From: a virus
Taxonomy: Duplodnaviria > Caudoviricetes
Strand: one strand, 5' to 3'
Length of the DNA: 42,900 nucleotides
IMG/VR virus record: IMGVR_UViG_3300031228_000014
Location: 1 to 42,900 of that record
Position 1 is the first letter of the stretch, and every line of letters starts with the position of its first letter. Position numbers and translations under genes: made by a program. This document shows positions 35,151 to 42,900 of the stretch, piece by piece. Below the pieces are notes generated by a model, which was given only the letters and a program-made list of their open reading frames with translations, did not search any database and was not told the origin of the DNA.

Positions 35151-35710
35151 CCGGGCTGGTCCGCGGGTAGCAGCTCCAGCCAGACCGGCCCGGCTGTGTC
35201 ACGGTCCCGACGTGTGGCGATCTTCAGCGCCCGGCCCAGCAGCTCCTGCGGTGGCATGTCCGGGTGCAGTGCCAGCATCGCGTCGATCGCGCCGAGCGCC
35301 GGGCCTTCGCCGGAGCCCAGCGCGGCGATGCCGTCCGGGTGGGGGATGGCGGTGGCGTGGGACAGGGTCCACAGGCGGCCGGCCCAGCCCAGCAGCAGGG
35401 TGCAGTCCATGCGCCCGTCGTCGAGTAGCGAGTGCTCAACGGCCAGGCGGGTCGCTTGCAGCGCGACCGCCTCGGCCCATGGCGCCGGGTCTTCGCCGGC
35501 TGCGGGCGGGTCCGGGAGGGTGAGCAGGTTCCCTACCACGGCCAGGATGCCGGACGTGCCGGCGGCACCGACCAGGGCCTCACCGCCGCCGGCCTTCAGC
35601 CGGCGGACCTTCCGGGCGCCGCCGACAACCGGCCGCTCGTAAATGTTGATCATGCTGTCGGCGGCCATCCACACCTGACCGTCACAGGCCAGAGCAGCGA
35701 CCGTAGTCAC
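35147..35710 (-). CDS. HslV/proteasome-beta-like Ntn threonine peptidase
   Basis: N-terminal (M)TTVAA...MAADS, K, ALGSG..ALGA, D..TAG. Confidence 0.8.
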   Translation of the reverse strand: MTTVAALACDGQVWMAADSMINIYERPVVGGARKVRRLKAGGGEALVGAAGTSGILAVVGNLLTLPDPPAAGEDPAPWAEAVALQATRLAVEHSLLDDGRMDCTLLLGWAGRLWTLSHATAIPHPDGIAALGSGEGPALGAIDAMLALHPDMPPQELLGRALKIATRRDRDTAGPVWLELLPADQPG

Positions 35711-35994
35711 GCGGCAGCCACCGGCGGCTCAGCGTGCGGCACGTACCCGAGGTGATCCCGGCAGCGGCAGCCGTCCACTGGACCCCACGACGGGCACACC
35801 GAGGTCACACCGGCCGCATGCCCGCATGGCAGGTTGGTTGCTGGCTTGCCACATCCGAACTGCCGGGTGGGGCTGGGGTCGCACCGCTGGGGGTCGTGCC
35901 ACCCGACCACCCAGGCTTGGCACTGGTCGCAGGTCAGGTACGGGTCGGCGAACGTGACGTGCACGTGGGTGCGGGTGTGCGTCCGGGTGATCAT
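35707..35994 (-). CDS. Cys-rich hypothetical protein
   Basis: CDQC, PCGH, VCPSW..DGCRC; ATGA coupling. Confidence 0.6.
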   Translation of the reverse strand: MITRTHTRTHVHVTFADPYLTCDQCQAWVVGWHDPQRCDPSPTRQFGCGKPATNLPCGHAAGVTSVCPSWGPVDGCRCRDHLGYVPHAEPPVAAA

Positions 35995-37088
35995 GCGGTC
36001 CGCCCGTGCGGGTCGGTGGCCCAGCCGGCAGGGATGCGGGCCAGTTCCGGCTCCCGGTCGTAGCGGCGCCGGTCGGTGGTCATCCGTACCGCGATCTTCG
36101 CGGCAGCGACGACCGGCCAGGTACCGGAGCTGACCGCGGCGTCGGGAACATCCACGCCCGAGCCCATGATCCGGCCCCGGTTGCCCGGCTTGGTCGGGAT
36201 ACCCGGCTCGCAGGTCCAATCGACCGTCCAGCCGCGTCGCTTCCAGGGCCACCGCTTACGGCCCAGGGTCTGCCGCTGAAGCTGCAACGTGACCTGGTGG
36301 TCGTCGCCGTGGGGCATCCGCACCGTTGCCTCGACCGGCTCGCCCACGTCCTCGTACGAGTAGCGGGCCGGCCCGAACAGGATGTCCAGCGGGTTGATCC
36401 GCACCGAGCCGCTGCGGATCCGCTGCGTCCAAGGTGCCTTGCTGGACCAGCCGCCGTCGCGGTCGCGCCAGATCGACCACCACAGGTGCCCGTTGTGGAT
36501 CGCCCAGCCGGTGACCTTCGACTGGTAGCCGACGCCGTTCAGCCGCCGCACCAGACCGGCGCCGAAGCGTTCCGTGTGCAAGTAAAGCGCGCCGAGCGGG
36601 CCGAGCTTGACCGAACAGGCGAGGTCCTGTTCCGAGCCCGCGTTGCCGACCTTGACCTCGACACCCACCGAGTGGGACCGGCCGATGACCAGCTGCCCGC
36701 CGATAGTGGCGGCTGCCCGGTCCGGCCACGCACCGGGCAGTGCCGGGTCACGGCCGGCCACCTGGACCAGCGCGCCGCCAGTGGTGGGCACGAAAGCTGG
36801 CCCGCTCCACCGTCCGGTGTAGCGGTCACCCACGTTCCATGCGTGGTGGTCCAGGCTGCCCTGCGGGTCCGGGCGGACCGCGCACCGGTCACACACCACC
36901 CACCGGGCTGCATGTAGTTGCGGATCGTTGTTGCGGGGGCCGAAGCCGTCCACCACCGGACGGTGCCCGAACAGCCGGCACAGCACCAGCGGGCGGGGGA
37001 TGTCGTGCAGCCAGAACCCGACGTTGACCAGGTTCCCCCGCCGGTCAGAGCCGCCACGGTCCCGGTAGTTGACGGTGTGCCAGCGCAT
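35991..37088 (-). CDS. hypothetical protein (Trp-rich, N-terminal CRLFGH...CDRC)
   Basis: coupled ORF with coding-like composition. Confidence 0.65.
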   Translation of the reverse strand: MRWHTVNYRDRGGSDRRGNLVNVGFWLHDIPRPLVLCRLFGHRPVVDGFGPRNNDPQLHAARWVVCDRCAVRPDPQGSLDHHAWNVGDRYTGRWSGPAFVPTTGGALVQVAGRDPALPGAWPDRAAATIGGQLVIGRSHSVGVEVKVGNAGSEQDLACSVKLGPLGALYLHTERFGAGLVRRLNGVGYQSKVTGWAIHNGHLWWSIWRDRDGGWSSKAPWTQRIRSGSVRINPLDILFGPARYSYEDVGEPVEATVRMPHGDDHQVTLQLQRQTLGRKRWPWKRRGWTVDWTCEPGIPTKPGNRGRIMGSGVDVPDAAVSSGTWPVVAAAKIAVRMTTDRRRYDREPELARIPAGWATDPHGRTA

Positions 37089-37468
37089 CAGACAACCGCC
37101 GCTGCTGCTGGCGCGCTGGTGTAGGTCGCACAGATGCCGTCGTCCCCCGGCCCCTCGGTGACCAGGTAGTACGTGCAGCCGCCGTCATGCGAAAACGCGG
37201 CCGAGTTGCGCCTGTTCTGCCAGATCGGCACCCCGTCGCTGACCTGGCTACGGTCTTCCCACTCGGCCGGGTCGTCGGTCAGCGGCGAGAGTTGTTCGCC
37301 CTTCACGAGCCGGTAGAGCTGCTCGACCGCCAGCGAAAGGGAGCCGCCGGAGTGGTCGTAGGAGGCGAACGCCGCCACCGCGGCGACGATCGAGGCGGCG
37401 TAGCCGGGGTCTTCGGCGGTCTGGCCGCACAGCTCAAGCTCACGGCGGGCGTGCTCGGCAGGGGACAT
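37088..37468 (-). CDS. conserved-looking phage hypothetical protein
   Basis: GGAG RBS; HARREL, HSGGS, LSPLTDDPAEW, WQNRR. Confidence 0.7.
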   Translation of the reverse strand: MSPAEHARRELELCGQTAEDPGYAASIVAAVAAFASYDHSGGSLSLAVEQLYRLVKGEQLSPLTDDPAEWEDRSQVSDGVPIWQNRRNSAAFSHDGGCTYYLVTEGPGDDGICATYTSAPAAAAVV

Positions 37469-37562
37469 GGCGGGTGCTCCGGTCTGGGATGCTTCGGGAT
37501 GCTGGTGGGGCCGGCCAGCCGGAGGCATCCCGGTCCCCGGCAGCCGACCCCAGTCGAAGTGC

Positions 37563-37781
37563 CTACAGCCGCACCGGCTCGCCAACGACAGCGCCGGACG
37601 ACTCCCGGGTTGGCCAGTACAGGGCCGGGCGGCCGTTGCCGTCCAGGTAGACGATCCAGGACTTGCCGGCGGTGTCCTCACCCTCGACCCAGCCGGCCCA
37701 CTGCTCGGTCAGCGGGGCCTCGGTGCCGTCGGAGGCGATGGAGGTGCAGCCGTCGTAGCGGCCGATCGTGATGTTGGACAT
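37563..37781 (-). CDS. hypothetical protein
   Basis: MSNITIGRY...WAGWVEG; RBS-like AAGGG. Confidence 0.6.
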   Translation of the reverse strand: MSNITIGRYDGCTSIASDGTEAPLTEQWAGWVEGEDTAGKSWIVYLDGNGRPALYWPTRESSGAVVGEPVRL

Positions 37782-37852
37782 GGATGATCCCTTCGTGGCG
37801 AATCGGATGTGACTCGCCGGGCTCATCCCACCCGGACGTTGTGTGGTGCCGG

Positions 37853-38098
37853 TCAGGCGTCCTTGCCGAACGCGCCATCACGGGCGCGCTGAAGCAGCCG
37901 GATCAGGTCGTTGACCATCCGCCGGTCAAGGTCCACGAACCAGCCACGCTCCGGGGTGTGGTCGTCCATCTGTAGGTTGACCGTGCCGATCTGGGCGTAG
38001 CCGACGCGATCCCAGCCGACCTGAACCGCGTACGGGGTGGACTGCTCCCCGTCGCCGTCGGGCAGCGGCCGAACGTCGTGGATTAGCTCCTTGGGCAT
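37853..38098 (-). CDS. hypothetical protein
   Basis: AAGGAG RBS; LDRRMVNDLIRLLQRARDGAFGKD. Confidence 0.7.
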   Translation of the reverse strand: MPKELIHDVRPLPDGDGEQSTPYAVQVGWDRVGYAQIGTVNLQMDDHTPERGWFVDLDRRMVNDLIRLLQRARDGAFGKDA

Positions 38099-38119
38099 CT
38101 GGTGCTCCTTCACGGAAGT

Positions 38120-38488
38120 GCCCCGTCACGGGGCGGCAGAGACACCCGGACCGGGACCGGTCGCGGGTGCTCACCCGGCATCACGCCGGGGAGTCGGAGG
38201 GGGAGTGGGGAGTTGTGCCGAGGCCGCGTCCCGGCCGTTGCCTCGGCTCCGCCGGGTCCACGCTGTGCCGCTATGTGGGCAGGACTGACTACCCGGGAGG
38301 TGGGGGCGGACAGTGGTGGCGGCCCGCAGCAGCCCTCAAAGGGGGGGTTGCGGGAAGGCGGGGCCGGGGGCCGCCGGCTCAGGAGGGGGAAGGGGGTCCG
38401 CCGCTGCCCCGTGGCGAGCGGGGATGCGGCGGAACCGGTGCCACCGGCATCCTCACATCGGCGGCTCTACACCGTTGGGCGGACCCCC
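38120..38488 (-). other. hairpin-dense non-coding region, possible structured RNA leader
   Basis: 11-bp inverted repeat 38392-402/38478-88 enclosing internal stems; further stems at 38217-47, 38174-90 and 38120-34. Confidence 0.4.
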
Positions 38489-38496
38489 GGCCCAGG

Positions 38497-38748
38497 CTAC
38501 GCCGCAGCACCGACAGGGCAGCGGCGGCGGGAGGAACGCGGGTCGTCACGCATCTGCTTCTCAACCTCGGCAGCGTCAACCAGCCGGTACAACGGGCGAC
38601 CGTCCGCACCCTGGTCGCAGGACCGGAGCTTGCCCGAGGCCACCCATGAGCGGAGCAGCTGCTGGGAGACGCCAAGGTTGCGGGCCACGATGAACGCTGG
38701 CAGCGGCTGGTGCGGGTCGGATATGTTCACGTTGGCCACGGCGGACAT
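38497..38748 (-). CDS. MerR-like HTH DNA-binding protein
   Basis: VARNLGVSQQLLRSWVASGKL...GRPLYRL; start could extend to 38844. Confidence 0.75.
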   Translation of the reverse strand: MSAVANVNISDPHQPLPAFIVARNLGVSQQLLRSWVASGKLRSCDQGADGRPLYRLVDAAEVEKQMRDDPRSSRRRCPVGAAA

Positions 38749-38840
38749 CACCGCCCCGACCGACTCTCGCCAGCTTCCGGGCAGCCTCTGCCAGTGGACT
38801 TGCGCTAAAACGTACCACGGGTGTCCGGGGTGGATCACGC

Positions 38841-39998
38841 TCACCTGCTGGTCACCGGCGTGTCCGCAGGGCGGCGGTAGGTCGGGCGCAGCAGCTCGGC
38901 GACATCCGTCGCGGACCGCTGCGACGCCTCATAGGCACCCTGCCGTTTCGCCCATTCCCGGAACGCTTCCGCGGTCATGATGGAGCCACAGTTCGGGTCG
39001 CCGCACTCGATGTCCCCGGTGCCGTCGTTGCGGCGCATCAGCATGCGACGGTCGCACCGGTTGCACTCCACCCCCACGCACAGCTCCGGCTCCGGGTCGA
39101 ACTCGTCCAGCACCCGCATCAACACGCCGCGGAGCCGTTGCAAGGTGATGCGGGACTCGTCGATGGCCGGGTGGTGCTCCCGCGCCCAGGGCAGCCGGTT
39201 GGTCAGCCACCGGCCCAGCTCCGGCACTGTCGGCACCGGACGCCAGCGGGAGCCTGGTGCGCCCGCGTCTATCCACGCCCGCACCTCCTGGTCGAGCACC
39301 TGGGCGACGGGCACCTGGCCGATCTGGTCACCGGGTGGAGACCAGACGGTGCGGGTCAGCTGCCGGTAGCCGATGACCTGCCCGTCCTTGTCCAGCACCG
39401 GCACTTCCTCGCCGGTGGGAACCACCTTCGGCAGCCACCAGTCCGCCACGGCGTCCACGGGCCGGCCCCCGTCGCGCACCACTGGGCCGAGCAGGTCCAC
39501 CACGTCCAGCCGCACCGGGGCGGGGGAGCCATCCCGGGAGCGGCGCACCTGCGGCCCCTTCCGCTGGCCCGGCACCAGACCAGCACCACCGACCGCGGTC
39601 AACGGCTCGGCACGGCGCCACTCACCTTCGGCCGGCAGCAGCTCCCCGGTCTCCGGATCCTTCCGGCGCGGGTGCCAGTGCCAGTACCAGCGGTCATCCA
39701 CGGCCCAGTCCTGCGGCAGGATCAGCTCCGGCAGCTCGCCCGTCTTGTCGACGATCGAGGCGACCAGGATGGGCCACCACCGTTCGCACGGGCCGCACAC
39801 CCGGCCGTCGCCCTTGGCCGGGTCCGGGTCGCGGCGCCAGCAGCACGGGCACGAGCCGCGGGTGCGCCGCTGCCGGCCGCAACCCTCGCTAGCGCAACCG
39901 CCGGACACTGAGCAGGCCGCGAACTGAGATGTGTGGCAGAGGCAGTCCACCGGGCAGTCGGAGGTGGCGGTGGCGGTGGCGGCAGGCGGCATGGTCAC
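38841..39998 (-). CDS. Zn-ribbon protein, putative late transcription regulator
   Basis: several CxxC pairs (CGPC, CNRC, ECGDPNC); PVRLDVVDL; at the early/late boundary. Confidence 0.6.
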   Translation of the reverse strand: MTMPPAATATATSDCPVDCLCHTSQFAACSVSGGCASEGCGRQRRTRGSCPCCWRRDPDPAKGDGRVCGPCERWWPILVASIVDKTGELPELILPQDWAVDDRWYWHWHPRRKDPETGELLPAEGEWRRAEPLTAVGGAGLVPGQRKGPQVRRSRDGSPAPVRLDVVDLLGPVVRDGGRPVDAVADWWLPKVVPTGEEVPVLDKDGQVIGYRQLTRTVWSPPGDQIGQVPVAQVLDQEVRAWIDAGAPGSRWRPVPTVPELGRWLTNRLPWAREHHPAIDESRITLQRLRGVLMRVLDEFDPEPELCVGVECNRCDRRMLMRRNDGTGDIECGDPNCGSIMTAEAFREWAKRQGAYEASQRSATDVAELLRPTYRRPADTPVTSR

Positions 39999-40318
39999 GA
40001 TCTCCCCCGGTAGGCTGCTGGACAGCCGCGCCGAGGGGCGGAGGGGAAAACCAGGTGGTGCAACGGCGGCCCGGTCTCACCAGGGGGTGGGGGACCGGGC
40101 CGTCGTACCGTCTCAGGTCAGCCTACCGGCTGATAGGCGGGCGGTTCTCGCAGCTCACACGGCGTGTCGGGCAGCTCCGGTAGGCTCGTGGGATGCCGAG
40201 CCGGCTACGGCGTCCCCAGCGGCACACCCGGTAGGTCACAGCCCGGCAGGGTTGCGGCCACGCCCCGGTAGCCCAACAAGCACCGGGGCACCTCATGGCT
40301 CAGCCGGAGACGGAACGG

Positions 40319-40780
40319 TCACTCCGACTCCCGCATCGCTTCCAGCGCCTGCCGGATCAGTCGATGGCCTGCCTCACGGTCCACAGACTCGCAGTAGCCG
40401 TGTTCGTCCTGCTCGTACCGGATGTGGCCCCGCGCGCCCAGCGCATGGTAGAGGTCATGCTCCCAGCCGCTGTTGCCCCACGGGCGCTTGCCGCTGAAGC
40501 CCTCACCCTGGTCCCAAACCGCCTCCGCCAGCGCTACCAGGTACTCACGGACGGTGCCTGCGCCAGCGTCGTTCGGACCGACCGGTGTTTCCAACACCTG
40601 AGCCGGCGTCGGTGCATCCGGGTCCGGCAGGCGGGTCAGCAGGTGCTCCAGCAACGTCAGGTAGTGGCCGCTCGGCCGGTCGTCCACCCAAACCTCTATG
40701 GTGACCTGCTCCCGTTCTGGTCCGTGGATCAGGTGGGCTCGATGGCCACCGAGCCAGTCCGGCAGGCGGTAGATAGTCAT
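40319..40780 (-). CDS. phage hypothetical protein
   Basis: GGAGG RBS; TVREYL..L...W..GEGFSGKRPWGNSGWEHDLY. Confidence 0.7.
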   Translation of the reverse strand: MTIYRLPDWLGGHRAHLIHGPEREQVTIEVWVDDRPSGHYLTLLEHLLTRLPDPDAPTPAQVLETPVGPNDAGAGTVREYLVALAEAVWDQGEGFSGKRPWGNSGWEHDLYHALGARGHIRYEQDEHGYCESVDREAGHRLIRQALEAMRESE

Positions 40781-41172
40781 GCTGGCCTCCAGCTCTCGTC
40801 GTAACCGTCCCGGCTGGCGTACGCCGTAGCCAGGTGCCGGACCACGCCGGCCAGCGCACCCAGCTCGGACAGCCTCGCCTCGGTGTCGATCAGGGACAGC
40901 CGGCTCTTGACCGCCTCGAACTCCCGTGAGCGGGCTTGGTACAGCCACAGGATCGCCCGGTGGGCGGCTACCTGAGCCAGCACCCCCGCCGGCTGGTCGC
41001 ACAGCTCGAACCTGTCTGGGTCGCGCACGGCACCGCAGTAGAAGCACGTTCCGTCATCCATCACTTCCGGGGACAGGCAGAACGCCTCGTGCCACGTCTC
41101 GACCCGGCGTGGCGCCTCGTCTTCGTCGAGCTGCCGGCCCAGCCACTGGGCGATCTCGTCAGGCTGTCCCAC
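40777..41172 (-). CDS. DUF6221-family protein
   Basis: WL..QLDEDEA, P..VLAQVAAHRAIL, LATAYA.R.GYDESWRP. Confidence 0.75.
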   Translation of the reverse strand: MGQPDEIAQWLGRQLDEDEAPRRVETWHEAFCLSPEVMDDGTCFYCGAVRDPDRFELCDQPAGVLAQVAAHRAILWLYQARSREFEAVKSRLSLIDTEARLSELGALAGVVRHLATAYASRDGYDESWRPA

Positions 41173-41398
41173 CGTCGCCCCTCCTGTCGTGTTCGGCGGG
41201 CGAGGCAGGATCGAACGCCAGCCACATGATCCCTGCCGCCAGCGTGGCGGCGACACCGACACCCAGCCACGGCACCGACAGATCGGTCAATATGCCCTGT
41301 AGGCCAAGGCCGGCGACGCAGCCGCAGAGCGCACACAGCTTCTCCCGGCGGCTCCATCGCAGCGGCGAGAGCGAACGCAGGTCGTCAGGCTGTCCCAC
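41159..41398 (-). CDS. small membrane protein
   Basis: GGAGGT RBS; 2 TM. Confidence 0.55.
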   Translation of the reverse strand: MGQPDDLRSLSPLRWSRREKLCALCGCVAGLGLQGILTDLSVPWLGVGVAATLAAGIMWLAFDPASPAEHDRRGDGGTA

Positions 41399-41401
41399 TG
41401 C

Positions 41402-41698
41402 TCACCTCCCGTCAGCCCGGCGGAACTCCTGGTCCAGCTCCCTCCAGGCAGCCTCCCGCCGGTCATGCAGCAACGTCCACCCGATGTGTCCGGCGAGCCC
41501 GCCGAGCACCCAGCCGGCCGCCAGCATCGCCAACCAGGCCAGCGGCTCCGGCAAACCATCCGGCAGCATCCGACGGAGCACCGCCAAGGCGGTCAGCGCC
41601 ACCGCCACCGCCACCGCGAGGTACACGCCCAGGCGCACGACCCAGGCCCGGAACGCCGGGTAGGGCCGGCGGGTCTGGTCAGGCTGCATGATGGTCAT
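41402..41698 (-). CDS. small membrane protein
   Basis: 2 TM segments; coupled ORF. Confidence 0.6.
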   Translation of the reverse strand: MTIMQPDQTRRPYPAFRAWVVRLGVYLAVAVAVALTALAVLRRMLPDGLPEPLAWLAMLAAGWVLGGLAGHIGWTLLHDRREAAWRELDQEFRRADGR

Positions 41699-42047
41699 CC
41701 TCGGCCGGTCGGAGGTCGGCCAGCGGGCTGCCGAGCTGTCCCCACCGGCCGAGGTCCACCATCGCCCACCCGTCCTCGACCGACACGATCCGGCCCGGGG
41801 CCGCGTACAACTCGACAGACAGCGCGTAGCCGGCCTGGCCGGGCTTGAGCCGGTTCGGCACGAACACCAGCGACCCCACGGTCAGGGTCTCCGCGGCCAG
41901 TCGGGCGATGCTGTCGGCGGCACGCAGCTCGGTCTCGTCGGCGCGTCCCTGCCGGCGCAGCTTCGCCGGGTCGGCGGTGCCGTACCGGCCGATCAGCGTC
42001 TCGCGGGCCACCTCGAAGGCGCCCCTCTTGCGGGTCTGCTCAGGCAT
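41679..42047 (-). CDS. hypothetical protein
   Basis: coupled ORF; SH3-like beta-rich C-terminus. Confidence 0.55.
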   Translation of the reverse strand: MPEQTRKRGAFEVARETLIGRYGTADPAKLRRQGRADETELRAADSIARLAAETLTVGSLVFVPNRLKPGQAGYALSVELYAAPGRIVSVEDGWAMVDLGRWGQLGSPLADLRPAEDDHHAA

Positions 42048-42330
42048 GCTGTCCATCCTGCCCACCAGAGTCGATCTTGGACGGTGTGGGGGAGAGGGGC
42101 AGCTCCCACACCGGTACCGGGAACTCCAGCCAGTGCGTCACCCCGTGCAGCGGCCGGTTGTGGCCCACGTCGGTGTTGGCCTCCCACAGCGGCCCGCCGT
42201 CGTCGTCCCGGCCAGCCGGCCAGCCAGACACCACGCACCCGTCGAAGACCAGCGCCACCCGGCCGCCCAGCTGGTCCATGTCTGGCAGCCCATCGTCCGC
42301 TACGCTGTGCAGCTTGACCGTGATATCCAC
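42040..42330 (-). CDS. hypothetical protein
   Basis: GGGGAG RBS; HSVADDGLP...FDGCVVSGWP...VTHWLEFP. Confidence 0.6.
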   Translation of the reverse strand: MDITVKLHSVADDGLPDMDQLGGRVALVFDGCVVSGWPAGRDDDGGPLWEANTDVGHNRPLHGVTHWLEFPVPVWELPLSPTPSKIDSGGQDGQHA

Positions 42331-42342
42331 GATGCTCCCCTG

Positions 42343-42370
42343 ATGTTCGATAATCAACCTTATGTCAAGT
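42343..42370 (+). other. dif-like XerC/XerD recombination site
   Basis: ATGTTCGATAA-TCAACC-TTATGTCAAGT: 11-6-11 layout with an actinobacterial XerD-type arm; AT-rich and intergenic. Confidence 0.75.
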
Positions 42371-42387
42371 TGTGGTGATTCGTCCCG

Positions 42388-42867
42388 TTACCGCTGTATC
42401 CGCCGCGCCCACCAGCCCCGGACCCGCTCGACCACCCACAGCCAGCGACGCCACCACCGCGGGGCAGGCGGGGTCGAGCTGTGCAGCAGCACCGCCGAGC
42501 CGGTCGGGCTGGCGCTGTCACCGACCAGGTACATCTGGCCGGGCGGAACATGCGGCGACTGGACGATGGGGATGCCGGCCAGGTTGCCCACCTCGCCAGT
42601 CCGCATCGAGCCGGCCCAGCCGTGCTCCGTGTACCGGCCCTCAGCGACCGCCGCGAACATCCGCGCCGGCGACCAGTCACGCTCCCGAGCGGCAGCCAGG
42701 GCCCGCTCGTACATCGCCTCATCGGTGCAGACCGTCCGCAGCGCCACCCGGTCGGACTCGGCCTGTGCCGCAGTCGCTACCAGTCGTTGGAACCCGCCAG
42801 CGCCGGCCAGTCCGTAGCCGTGCGGGTCGGACACCTGCTCACCAAGCCGGCGGAACCTCTCCGCCAT
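42388..42867 (-). CDS. hypothetical protein
   Basis: ORF with GIPIVQSPHVPPGQMYLV; start uncertain. Confidence 0.5.
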   Translation of the reverse strand: MAERFRRLGEQVSDPHGYGLAGAGGFQRLVATAAQAESDRVALRTVCTDEAMYERALAAARERDWSPARMFAAVAEGRYTEHGWAGSMRTGEVGNLAGIPIVQSPHVPPGQMYLVGDSASPTGSAVLLHSSTPPAPRWWRRWLWVVERVRGWWARRIQR

Positions 42868-42900
42868 GCCGCTGCGGTCAACCGGCTCCGTGACCGCAGC

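Noticed and set aside
33313-35523. 736-aa plus-strand ORF
   Set aside because: Low-complexity shadow across terS, HNH and peptidase
38390-38490. tRNA or known self-cleaving ribozyme
   Set aside because: No T-loop GTTC, no CCA end and no hammerhead core recognised
1-42900. CRISPR array, DGR/reverse transcriptase, integrase or IS element
   Set aside because: No repeat-spacer array and no RT, recombinase or transposase motifs recognised

Overview
High-GC actinobacterial temperate siphophage or prophage segment; a Micromonosporaceae-like host is inferred. Almost everything is on the minus strand. Read right to left it contains: small early/middle genes with a dif-like XerCD site; putative late regulators and a structured non-coding leader; an Ntn peptidase; HNH, TerS, TerL and portal; a MuF minor head protein; scaffold and major capsid; a six-gene glycan synthesis/modification cluster; a fibre-like module; head-tail connectors; tail tube; tail assembly chaperones with a -1 frameshift; tape measure, Dit and minor tail genes; an amidase endolysin with several membrane/holin genes; and plus-strand cargo including an Excalibur-LPXTG protein. 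The most striking feature is a 314-aa intein in MuF that has a complete HTH + Vsr/DUF559-like endonuclease gene nested on its antisense strand, overlapping the splicing motifs. MuF also carries a C-terminal HEXXH metallopeptidase followed by a coupled putative immunity gene. The glycan cluster directly behind the capsid gene looks like a virion glycosylation/phospho-decoration system. No integrase, tRNA or CRISPR array is visible. All calls come from manual motif recognition, not database searches.
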